A DNA stretch of 38,606 bases. Origin: Eledone cirrhosa. Its lineage: Eukaryota. The stretch covers positions 1 to 38,606 of the forward strand of contig CAXHJY010001217.1 of NCBI GenBank assembly GCA_964016885.1. Reading direction: 5' to 3'. Position numbers and translations under genes: made by a program. Each line of letters starts with the position of its first letter. Position 1 is the stretch's first letter. The notes beneath the pieces were generated by a model, which had not been told where the DNA came from, made no database searches, and worked only from the letters and a program-made list of their open reading frames with translations. Shown here one piece after another: positions 1 through 13,817 of this stretch.

Positions 1-12
1 TGTATGTGTATG

Positions 13-81
<69 letters not shown>

Positions 82-214
82 ATGTATATATATATATGTG
101 TGTGTGTGTGTGTATTATATATATGTGTGTGTGTGTGTGTATATATATATAATATGTGTGTGTGTGTATATATATATATATATGTATGTGTATATATATA
201 CATATGTGTGTGTG

Positions 215-249
<35 letters not shown>

Positions 250-336
250 TTATATAATATATTTATATAAATATTTATATACATTAATATAAATATAAAT
301 ATATATATATATACAAATTCATACATATATATATAT

Positions 337-389
<53 letters not shown>

Positions 390-397
390 TATATATA

Positions 398-481
<84 letters not shown>

Positions 482-705
482 TATACACATAAATACATAT
501 ACATTTCTATATACATATATATGTGCATATATATATATTTGTGTGTGGTGTTTTTGCGAGCGTGTGTTTGTGTGTGATGTATGTATCTATATGTGCATGT
601 GTGTGTGTGTGTTTGTCTGCCTCTATATATCTATGTATGTATGTATGTATGTATGTATGTATGTATGTATGTATGTATGTATGTATGTATGTATGTATGT
701 ATGTA
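1..705. repeat. Compound microsatellite (GT)n/(AT)n/(ATGT)n
   Basis: Direct read; explains the [12 protein letters not shown] ORFs. Confidence 0.97.
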
Positions 706-825
706 CGAATGTAGGTGCGCATGCCTTTGAATTGCAATGCAGAGCAAAATTCTTTAAGACTCATCTTCACTTGATATATACAGATCTTTTCATAACCATC
801 AACGTTAAATATTTAATCATAAAAA

Positions 826-915
826 GAGCCTCATTGTGGTTACTCGACTGCTAGAAATAGTACCCAAATCTCCTTCAAATCAAACATTAACTTATTAAAA
901 TGAAAACAGCACATC
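826..915 (+). mobile_element. Fragment of a dispersed repeat (TCGACTGCTAGAAATAG...CAAATCTCCTTCAAATC)
   Basis: The motif CTGCTAGAAATA recurs near 11582; resembles an abundant octopod interspersed repeat as I recall it, unverified. Confidence 0.35.
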
Positions 916-942
916 AACTGATATATCATATATTTTTTTTTA

Positions 943-1266
943 AACTGGCTCTCCATTAGTTACGACGGGGAGTGTTCCACTTGATACGTTCAATGGAATA
1001 ATCTGCTCGTGAAATTAACGTGCAAGTGGCTGAACATTCTACAGACGCAAGTACTCTTGACGTACTTCTCAGGAGATTCAGCGTGACCATAGAATGTGAT
1101 AAGGCTGGCGCTTTGAATCACAGGTACAATTTACTTTTGGCAGTTGAGTGAATTGGAAGAATGTGAAATAAAGTGTCTTGCCTCAAGGACACAATTCGCC
1201 GCTAGGAATCGAACTCACGATCTTACGTGACAATATATTTACTGTCCCTGGTAACCACTAAGACAT
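943..1266 (-). mobile_element. tRNA-derived SINE family A (CORE-like central block), near full length, diverged
   Basis: Minus strand has A-box-like TGTCTTAGTGG, B-box GAGTTCGATTCC and a CORE-like TGTGTCCTTGAG...ACACTTTATTTCAC block; homologous segments at 32243-32378, 33241-33380 and 12302-12340. Confidence 0.8.
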
Positions 1267-1339
1267 TATATTTACTGTCGCTGATATAGCACGGGATGTT
1301 CACGACTAGAACGTCTTTGCCTATACTTAAATTACTAGT

Positions 1340-1412
1340 CTTCTTCTTCTTCTTCTTCTTCTTCTTCTTCTTCTTCTTCTTCTTCTTCTTCTTCTTCTTC
1401 TTCTTCTCCTTC
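1340..1412. repeat. (CTT)n / (GAA)n tract, probably the tail of the adjacent LINE
   Basis: More than 20 CTT units directly abutting the LINE-like 3' end. Confidence 0.95.
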
Positions 1413-1620
1413 TTCCACTTATTACTGAGAGGGTCATGAGAGTCAGATTTATCAAACACTCCTTCCAGCAGGTTCTGTCATAAGCAACTGCCTTCAAAGC
1501 GAGACCAGCCGAGTTCATCGATGTTATTATCCAACAATCTAACTCTGAGTAGATCGGGTCTCCTGTATAATCTGTCCATCTAGCGATTCGTTCCTGAGAC
1601 ATTCTAACCACACGTCTGAA
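1340..1620 (-). mobile_element. Degraded 3' end of an RTE-type non-LTR retrotransposon with (GAA)n tail
   Basis: Minus frame reads RVVRMSQERIAR...AVAYDRTCWKE, matching the RTE C-terminal GHVxRM..R.P and A.DR..W pattern, followed by a short-repeat tail. Confidence 0.6.
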
Positions 1621-1720
1621 TAACATATTACATAGCATATCACATGATATATTACATAACACATTACATAACATATTCCAATGTATTGCATAACATATTG
1701 CACAGTGCATTACATAAATA
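1620..1720. repeat. Degenerate 12-bp minisatellite (ATAACATATTAC)
   Basis: About 8 imperfect copies. Confidence 0.75.
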
Positions 1721-2061
1721 TGTACAATAAATTAATGAAATATTATCCGTACAATAAACATGTACATATAAATATATATAAAAAAACACTATATATCTAT
1801 ACAATACGTATATAGCATTAATATGTATAATAATAAACAACTAACTATCATAAATAATTTTAAGCCACCTCAAAGTCATATCTAATATGTTTGCCCATTT
1901 CTGTTTTAGAAATGGCGTCGGTTATGAATCTATGTCCACCATTTCATTAGATCTTTTTACAATGTTTTATCTTTCTATTATGTTAGATATTTCTTTACTT
2001 TACTATCTTTACATATACGATTATTTTAATGTTGTATTTTGACTGGGGTTGGCAGAGATGT

Positions 2062-2270
2062 GATTGTTATTGTTGTTGTTGTTGTTGTTGTTGTTGTTTT
2101 TACTGCTGTTTTTGCTGTTGCTGATGTAGTTGTTGTTATGTTGTTGCCGGGGCTTTTAGAGATAATGTTGTTCTTGTTGCTTATGTTGGGACTGTTGTTG
2201 TTGCTTTAGTTGTTGGTGTTATTGTTGTTGTTGCTGTTGTTACGACAACGGTTGTTGTTTTGACGGTGTT
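2062..2270. repeat. Imperfect (GTT/GCT)n microsatellite
   Basis: Direct read. Confidence 0.9.
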
Positions 2271-2329
2271 TTTCAATTTATTGCAATCACATCAAAAATT
2301 ATTTTCCTTTTGGCTTTGATTGCGTTCCT

Positions 2330-3110
<781 letters not shown>

Positions 3111-3221
3111 AATTCTGTAGCCAAGTCTGGTGTACCAGAAGAGCGCAGGAGAGGTGTAATTATGTGACATAAGATACTTGTAAGTAGTTGTTGTTGAAAA
3201 TTGGTATTATATTATTATCAG

Positions 3222-3252
<31 letters not shown>

Positions 3253-3450
3253 AGATGGCGTAGTTTAAACATCACAAGAAAATCCATGTTTGCTTTTGGC
3301 AACGGGCAAATCCAAATAATTATTTGACAGAATAAATATGGCTTTTATACTTGACTGAGAGTGTGGCAATTTGAACGGTTGCCATTTTTATGATAAATAA
3401 ATGTATATATATAAGTAACAAATTATTTTTATTTTCGTTGTATAAAGATA

Positions 3451-3451
<1 letters not shown>

Positions 3452-3483
<32 letters not shown>

Positions 3484-3666
3484 GTGGTGGTGATGGTGGT
3501 GGTGGTGGTGGTGGTGGTGGTGATGTTGATGCTACATTTGCCCCCAGGGGTTCAACACATTTGATACAACCCTTTTTATCAAAGAACATTATGATATGCA
3601 TATAAACATACGCATATATATGTATGTATGTATGTATATATATATATCTATATATATGTATATATG

Positions 3667-3743
<77 letters not shown>
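3452..3743. repeat. (GAT)n-(GGT)n tract followed by (AT)n
   Basis: Direct read. Confidence 0.92.
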
Positions 3744-3747
<4 letters not shown>

Positions 3748-3748
3748 G

Positions 3749-3784
3749 TCTTAACGTTTCGGACGCTAGTCCTTCATCAGAAGA
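3749..3784 (-). ncRNA. Minimal type I hammerhead ribozyme motif (Penelope-like pseudo-LTR type)
   Basis: Minus strand: TCTT-CTGATGA-A-GGAC-TAGC-GTCC-GAAA-C-GTT-AAGA. Stem I TCTT/AAGA, stem II GGAC/GTCC, palindromic AACGTT in place of stem III; runs into (TA)n. Confidence 0.75.
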
Positions 3785-3989
3785 AAGAATGAGAAATAAG
3801 ATAGATTGAGGGGACGGGCGGGTTGGAATTGGAAAATATGTCTTTAGATAAAAATAACAGGTCCATTCATGTTGACATCTCTTGCAAAACTGTTGCTGCT
3901 GGCGTTTTGTGCATGATTTATATTTTAGAAAAGTGGATGATGGAGAGCGTCTACGTGTGTGTGTGTGTGTGTGTATGTGTGTGTGTGTA

Positions 3990-4042
<53 letters not shown>

Positions 4043-4445
4043 TAGAAAAAATCAGGCTTAAAACAGCACCAATTCTTAAGACCAATAGAAACATTCTTCC
4101 TTTTATCCAATCTGACGGGCTTCACCCGACTCGGTAAGTGAATGGGGGCTGGGATCTTGTCAATCCTATAAAAACGATAAAAAAAAAGAACAGCGCATGA
4201 AAAGTGTTTTCTTAGCTCTTTGGGAATCTCTGTCAGACAAGACGGACGACATTTCCACACCCCGTAGAGCTTAACACAAATTGTTTATACCAGAAACACG
4301 ATTTATCCCTAAGGAAAGGCCAGTAAGATTATTCCAGAGGCAGCCATTATAACTTCTATAAGCGTTCAATACAATTCTACTGTTGATAAACCTTACATGT
4401 TTACATTCGTCACCATCCTCTACATGACCTTCTCCACCTAATGTC

Positions 4446-4864
4446 ATTATTATCACTACATGGTGGTGGATTGGCAGTATCGGTGGAGGGTCGGACGCCG
4501 TGCTTTCCAGCATAGTTACGTCCCTTTACGATCTGAGTTCAAATCCCGCCAAGGTTGACTTTGCCTTTCATCCTTACGGGGGTCGATAAAATAAAGTACC
4601 AGTAATGCACTGAGTAATTGCTGGCCTTGTGCCTAAAGTAGAAACAATTATTATCACTACATGGTGGTGGATTGGCAGTATCGGTAGAGGGTCGGACGCC
4701 ATGCTTTCCAGCATAGTTACGTCCCTTTACAGTCTGAGTTCAAATCCCGCCAAGGTTGACTTTGCATTTCATCCTTACGGGGGTCGATAAAATAAAGTAC
4801 CAGTAATGTACTGGGTAGTTGGTGGCCTTGTGCCCAAAATAGAGACAATTATTCTCACTACATG
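4446..4864 (+). mobile_element. Two tandem copies (201-bp period) of tRNA-derived SINE family B, bounded by three copies of a 17-bp target-site duplication
   Basis: A-box TGGCAGTATCGG, B-box GAGTTCAAATCCC, central GCCTTTCATCCTTACGGGGGTCGATAAAATAAAGTACCAG; ATTATT(A/C)TCACTACATG at 4446, 4647 and 4848. Confidence 0.9.
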
Positions 4865-4999
4865 TTCCTTCAACGTTTGATGGTTTCTTTCTAATATATT
4901 TTAAGGAGGTGGAGAATTTGCAAAGTCGTTATAATCCCTTTATTTATACACTCGTGTGTAACGTGAGACAGATGTTCTCTGTCACTCATACCTACATAC

Positions 5000-6453
<1,454 letters not shown>

Positions 6454-6653
6454 TTTACAGGATATAAATCAAATTTATCATTGATTTTGCATTCATGTGG
6501 TGAATATTATGTAAATAAGTAAATAAATTAGATTCTAGATGCCATATCAGCTAGGACTAAGAATATTTGTCGTTTAAACATTTGCATATTTTTCCATCTG
6601 ATGGATATAGTAAACTATACAAACACACACATGTATATGTATGTATATACGTA

Positions 6654-6687
<34 letters not shown>

Positions 6688-6874
6688 TGTATGTATATTA
6701 TGTTCAGAACTATAGATTTTAGTAGCTCACAAGGGAGAGCAGAATTTCGATATTGATAATAGAATATATATATATATAATACAATTTTTCTGTTTCATAC
6801 AACAATGATACAATGTTTCAGCAAAGCGAAAATTCAGCTCGCTTTGCATTGACTGATTACACAAACAGACACAC

Positions 6875-6952
<78 letters not shown>

Positions 6953-7129
6953 GTGTGCGCGTGTGTGTGTGTGTGCGTGTGTGTGAGTGTGTGTGTGTAA
7001 GTATGTGTGTATGTTTGTATGTACGTTTATGTATGTTTTTGCGTGTTTTCTTACGAGGGGCTGGCCAAGGCAGATGTACTACATCGGGAAGCCATCTATT
7101 GGAACCCCCTCCTCTAGCCTCAGAGAGAA

Positions 7130-7735
7130 AAACACCAACACCACCAACACCTACATCAACACCAACACTAACCCCAACACCAGTAGCACCAACGGTACGT
7201 ACCACCAACAGCACCACCAACACCCACAGCAGTACCACCAACACTACCTCCAACATCACCAACACCACTGCCACCAACATCACCACAAACACCACTACCA
7301 CCAACACCAACCCCCAACACTAAACACCAACATCACCCACACCACTACCACCAACATCACCACCCACACCACTACCACCAACAGCACCACCACCAACACC
7401 ACCACCACTACCAGCAACACCACCACCACCACCAACAACAGCAGCACCACCAGCAACACCACCACCACGACCAACACCACCACCACCACCAGCAACACCA
7501 CTAACACCACCACCACCACCACCACCACCAGCAACACCACTAACACCACCACCACCACCACCACCAGCACCACCAGCAACACCACTACCACCAGCACCCA
7601 CACCACTACCACCAACAGCACCACCACCAACACCACCAACAGCACCACCACCAACACCACCACCACCACCACCACCACCACCACCAGCACCACCACCAGC
7701 ACCACCAGTAACACCAACAACACCGACACTATAAA
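7130..7735. repeat. Compound (ACC/AAC/AGC)n trinucleotide repeat with internal duplications
   Basis: Triplet periodicity gives Thr-, His/Gln-, Val- and Gly-rich open frames; the Thr-rich phase changes near 7315. Confidence 0.85.
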
Positions 7736-8044
7736 CTAACATGTAGAATAGTCTTTAAGATAAATGTGTTTTTAAGTAGCCACATAAAGTAAATAATAAA
7801 CGAATAGCTACGGTATATATTCAATATGGCTGCTTTTAACTTCCTGCTAAGATCTGTTTCATGTCTCTATAAGAAGATTGGCTGTTGCAGTTATCAAATA
7901 CAGACTTGCATGATATCAGGATATCATCATTATTAACAACATCAAATGTCGTAAAAACATGTATTGTTTGTTTACCTTATGGTGGGATAATGTTGGAGGA
8001 CGTGGGGGAGATTAGTTGGAAATGGGTCGTGCTGAGCTGCAGGG

Positions 8045-8842
8045 GTGAATAAGGCTGCGGTGGTGTATAAGGTTGTGGTGGTGTATAAGGTTGTGGTGGT
8101 GTATAAGGTTGTGGTGGTGAATAAGGCTGCGGTGGTGTATAAGGTTGTGGTGGTGTATAAGGTTGTGGTGGTGTATAAGGTTGTGGTGGTGTATAAGGTT
8201 GTGGTGGTGTATAAGTTTGTGGTGGTGTATAAGGTTGTGGTGGTGAATAAGGCTGCGGTGGTGTATAAGGTTGTGGTGGTGTATAAGGTTGTGGTGGTGT
8301 ATAAGGCTGTATGGGTGTATAAGTCTGGGGGGGTGCATAAGACTGTAGGAGTGTATAAGACTGTGAGGTGTATAAGACTGTGGTGGTGTATAAGACTGTA
8401 GGGGTGTATAAGACTGTGAGGTGTATAAGACTGTGCTGGTGTGTAAGACTGTGGTGGTGTATAAGAATGTTGGGGTGTATAAGAATGTGGTGATGTATAA
8501 GACTGTGCTGGTGTGTAAGTCTGTGCTGGTGTATAAGAATGTTGGGGTGTATAAGACTGTGAGGTGTATAAGACTGTGCTGGTGTGTAAGACTGTGGTGG
8601 TGTATAAGAATGTTGGGGTGTATAAGAATGTGGTGATGTATAAAACTGTGCTGGTGTGTAAGTCTGTGCTGGTGTATAAGAATGTTGGGGTGTATAAGAC
8701 TGTGCTGGTGTATAAAACTGTGCTGGTGTATAAGACTGTGCTGGTGTGTAAAACTGTGCTGGTGTGTAAGACTGTGGTGGTGTATAAGAATGTTGGGGTA
8801 TATAAGAATGTGGTGGTGTATAAGGCTGTAGTGGTGTATAAT
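8045..8842. repeat. 18-bp minisatellite (GTGTATAAGGTTGTGGTG grading into GTGTATAAGACTGTGCTG) with a 143-bp higher-order repeat
   Basis: About 44 units; the block 8421-8563 recurs from 8564; occasional 17-bp units shift frame. Confidence 0.93.
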
Positions 8843-9211
8843 TGTGTGCCTGTGTGTGCCTGTGTGTTCCTGTCTGAGTGTGTCAGTATATATGCTGTGT
8901 CAGTATGTCTGTGTGTGTTGTGAGTGTGGAAGTATGGGTGTTGATATATGTGTGTGTGTGTTGAGGTCTGTGACCTATTGGGAGTGTCAGTGTATGCTGC
9001 AGTCTCTGTGAGTGTGTGAGCTTGTTTATATTGTGTGTTAAATGTGTGTGTGTGTATGTGTGTGTGTGCGTGTGCGTGTATGTGTATGTGTGTGTGTGTG
9101 TGCTAGTGATACGGTTCATAAGAAGTTCTTCTCATTTGGTTTGGTTTTTCTTTCTTTGTTTTTCATTTTTCTAAATTCAACATTTTACGTCTCTTGTTCA
9201 ACGTTGTGAGA

Positions 9212-9915
<704 letters not shown>

Positions 9916-10501
9916 GAAGGTTCTCTTTCAGTTTCTTGTATAAACAAAGATAAGAATTCTTAACGCTAAGCAGAATGTATATTTGAGTATGTGTGTGTGT
10001 GTGTGTGGCTGTGTGAATGAGTGTGTGAGCGTGTATGTGTATGACTGCATGTGTGTGACTGTGTGTGTGTGACTCTGTGCATGCATGTATCAGTGGGTGT
10101 GTGAATGTATGTGTGAGTGTGGGGTGGAGTTGTACCTAGAATTTCGTTTGAAGAATGTTCTCTTCTTTGAGATATCATTGTTGTCATTTCACTTGTTAAG
10201 TGTAGCTTTCCTTTCTCTTCAGTACTTCGATCTCAATCTTAAATAGTCATCAATCTATCAATAAAAGAACGATGGCATCCGTGGCTGTATATCTGTGTGT
10301 CTGTGTGTATGTGTGTATGTGTGTATGTGTGTATGTGTGTATGATTGTATATATCTGCACATGTATATATACATTATGTATATACATACGTATGTATGAA
10401 TATATGTATGTTTTCATGCATTCATGTGTGCATACACACATACATGTTGAGGATGAGAACATACATAGATATATATAAATGTATATGCCTGTATACAAAC
10501 C

Positions 10502-10557
<56 letters not shown>

Positions 10558-10586
10558 TATTTATATATATATATATATATATATAT

Positions 10587-10854
<268 letters not shown>

Positions 10855-10861
10855 TCATATT

Positions 10862-10896
<35 letters not shown>

Positions 10897-10903
10897 TCAT
10901 ATT

Positions 10904-10957
<54 letters not shown>

Positions 10958-11088
10958 ATATATATATTCTATATATATATATTTATATAAATATACATAT
11001 TCTGTATACAGATATATATATATATATATCGAGCCCTCTTTGGATTTTAGTCTTCAAATTTATTATTATTACTATATATATATATATA

Positions 11089-11719
11089 TAAAATCAATAA
11101 TAATGAGTTCAAATCTCAGGCGATCATTTACAATGAAATAGCTCGAAGAAAGACTATTCTGAGCCGTGTAATATAGGTTAACACAAATCAATATATTTGA
11201 TAAACAAATCCTCATATTTATGTATGTATTGTAAATGACCAAGTTAGCTAGATAGAAATATACTAATAATAATATTACAGTTTGCCTATCATGACTTAAG
11301 ATAATACATCATAAATCAACAAAAACAAATTGTATTGGCAATGGCCGTAGTGCTTGGACAAATTTAAATTTCAAAATCAAACTTGTTCCGTAGACAGGTT
11401 CAAACCTTAAAATCCAAATATGTTTCGAATAATGAAAAAGTGGAGGGAATACCGCATTTTGATCTCCTCAGCAAGCACTATAAAAGTTGGTATGTTCCAC
11501 TTCAAAATATTTAGGAAGACTGTTTAGCGCACGAGGTAACCTCATGCGGTTATCCAGTGTCTAGCTAGCCACATACTCGTGCTGCTAGAAATAACAGCCG
11601 TTTGTATAGGGCTAAAATCAGCTCAACGAAGGAGCAGTGTAAAATCAATAATAATGAGTTCAAATCTCAGGCGATCATTTACAATGAAATAGCTCGAAGA
11701 AAGACTATTCTGAGCCGTG

Positions 11720-11726
<7 letters not shown>
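11089..11726. mobile_element. 551-bp unit plus a perfect 87-bp terminal direct repeat, flanked by (TA)n; candidate Penelope/retrozyme-like non-autonomous element
   Basis: 11089-11175 is identical to 11640-11726; diverged relative at 16958-17099; degenerate hammerhead-like core at 11416-11471 (-). Confidence 0.65.
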
Positions 11727-11770
<44 letters not shown>

Positions 11771-11826
11771 TATATGTACATATATAAATATATATATATG
11801 TGTCTCTATATATATGTGTGTGTGTC

Positions 11827-11857
<31 letters not shown>

Positions 11858-11858
11858 G

Positions 11859-11945
<87 letters not shown>

Positions 11946-11982
11946 ACATATATATGTATATATATATAATATATGTGTGTGT

Positions 11983-12091
<109 letters not shown>

Positions 12092-12301
12092 ATGTTGTAA
12101 TCATTGAATGGTTACTCATGTTGAATCTATCAAGTAACCAGATAACAGTTCGACCTCTTTGAATCCGACTAAATCGATTGTTCGGCAAATGATCGATTTG
12201 CGAAGACGTTAAAGATAAATATTTAGAATATTTCATATTTCTTTTTATCTCACTCTCCTCTCCATTCTTCTAGGCCATTCCTCCTTTTTAACAGCTCCTC
12301 G

Positions 12302-12410
12302 CTGGTCCTCCGTCGTTTCCGACGATGGTCTTCCAGTTGTTGGACGTAAAGGGCCACCGTAAATCTATGCCCCCAAGCAGGGTGTCCGACACTCTACCGA
12401 TTCTCCTAAT
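12302..12410 (-). mobile_element. Juxtaposed SINE fragments: 3' end of family A next to the 5' head of family B
   Basis: CTCCGTCGTTTCCGACGATG matches 33241-33261 and about 951-970; GTCCGACACTCTACCGATT matches family B heads. Confidence 0.6.
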
Positions 12411-12429
12411 GCACCGCCCTAACAAACCA

Positions 12430-12792
12430 CGCCGAGGTTAGCTTTTCCATTCATCTTTACGGGGTCGATAAAATAAAGTACCAGTAATACACTGGAGTCG
12501 ATTTAATAGCATTTCTCCCCCCCCCCCCCCCAATATTGTTGGCCTCGTGCCTAAATTAGAAACCGGTGGATTGGCAGTATCGGTAGAGGGTCGGACGCCA
12601 TACTTTTCAGCATAGAGTTATGTCCCTTTACGGTCTGAGTTCAAATCCCGCCGAGGTTAACTTTGCCTTTCATCCTTACGGAACGATAAAATAAAGTACC
12701 AGTAATACACTGGGATAATTGCTGGCATTGTGCCTAAATTAGAGACCATTATTATTACAGCTATTGTGAGGGTTGTGGATTGACAGTCATTA

Positions 12793-12793
<1 letters not shown>
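12430..12793 (+). mobile_element. Head-to-tail SINE B copies: 5'-truncated long variant (12430-12564), near-full short variant (12565-12757) and a possible head stub
   Basis: Same A/B boxes, central block and CCTAAATTAGA(A/G)ACC tail as the other family B copies. Confidence 0.85.
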
Positions 12794-13335
<542 letters not shown>

Positions 13336-13483
13336 ATGAAATCAAAAATGCAACTGGAGTCTTATTTAAAAAAAAAAAATATTTATTTGGTTTCTTTACC
13401 GGTTTCGCAGTTCTTCTGCTTTTCAAAAGTAGAGTTGAGATGGAGGGTCTGTGGTTTTACTCACATCTATATATCATTTCTCA

Positions 13484-13523
<40 letters not shown>

Positions 13524-13526
<3 letters not shown>

Positions 13527-13810
13527 AATCTGTATTGGTACTTGTATATTTGTATATATGTATATGTATATACGCATCTGTATTAGTATATGCATATGTA
13601 CATATGTATATATACATTTGCATCTGTATTGGTACTTGTATATTTGTATATATGTATATGTATATACGCATATGTATTTGTATTAGTATATGCATATGTA
13701 CATATGTATATATATATATTTGTATCTGTATTGGTACTTGTATATATGTATATATGTATATGTATATATATATGCATCTTATATTTGTATATGCATCTGT
13801 ATCTATATTT
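13524..13810. repeat. Three ~94-102-bp tandem units derived from AT microsatellite (ATCTGTATTGGTACTTGTATA...)
   Basis: Anchor motif at about 13528, 13622 and 13724. Confidence 0.85.
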
Positions 13811-13817
13811 GTATACA

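Noticed and set aside
4462-4560. tRNA genes at the SINE heads
   Set aside because: A and B boxes are present but there is no cloverleaf, and each continues into a SINE body and tail.
7052-7062. Mariner-like terminus TACGAGGGGC
   Set aside because: Only about 10 bp, with no partner TIR or transposase.
6987-7742. Mucin-like Thr-rich or Gly-rich structural protein exon
   Set aside because: The Thr-rich phase changes frame near 7315, several frames are open on both strands, and the starts lie in (GT)n. Best explained as an (ACC)n-type repeat, though RNA-seq would settle it.
8012-8338. His-rich (LIHHHN)n protein
   Set aside because: By-product of the 18-bp period; neighbouring 17-bp units break frame and there is no signal peptide or splice support.
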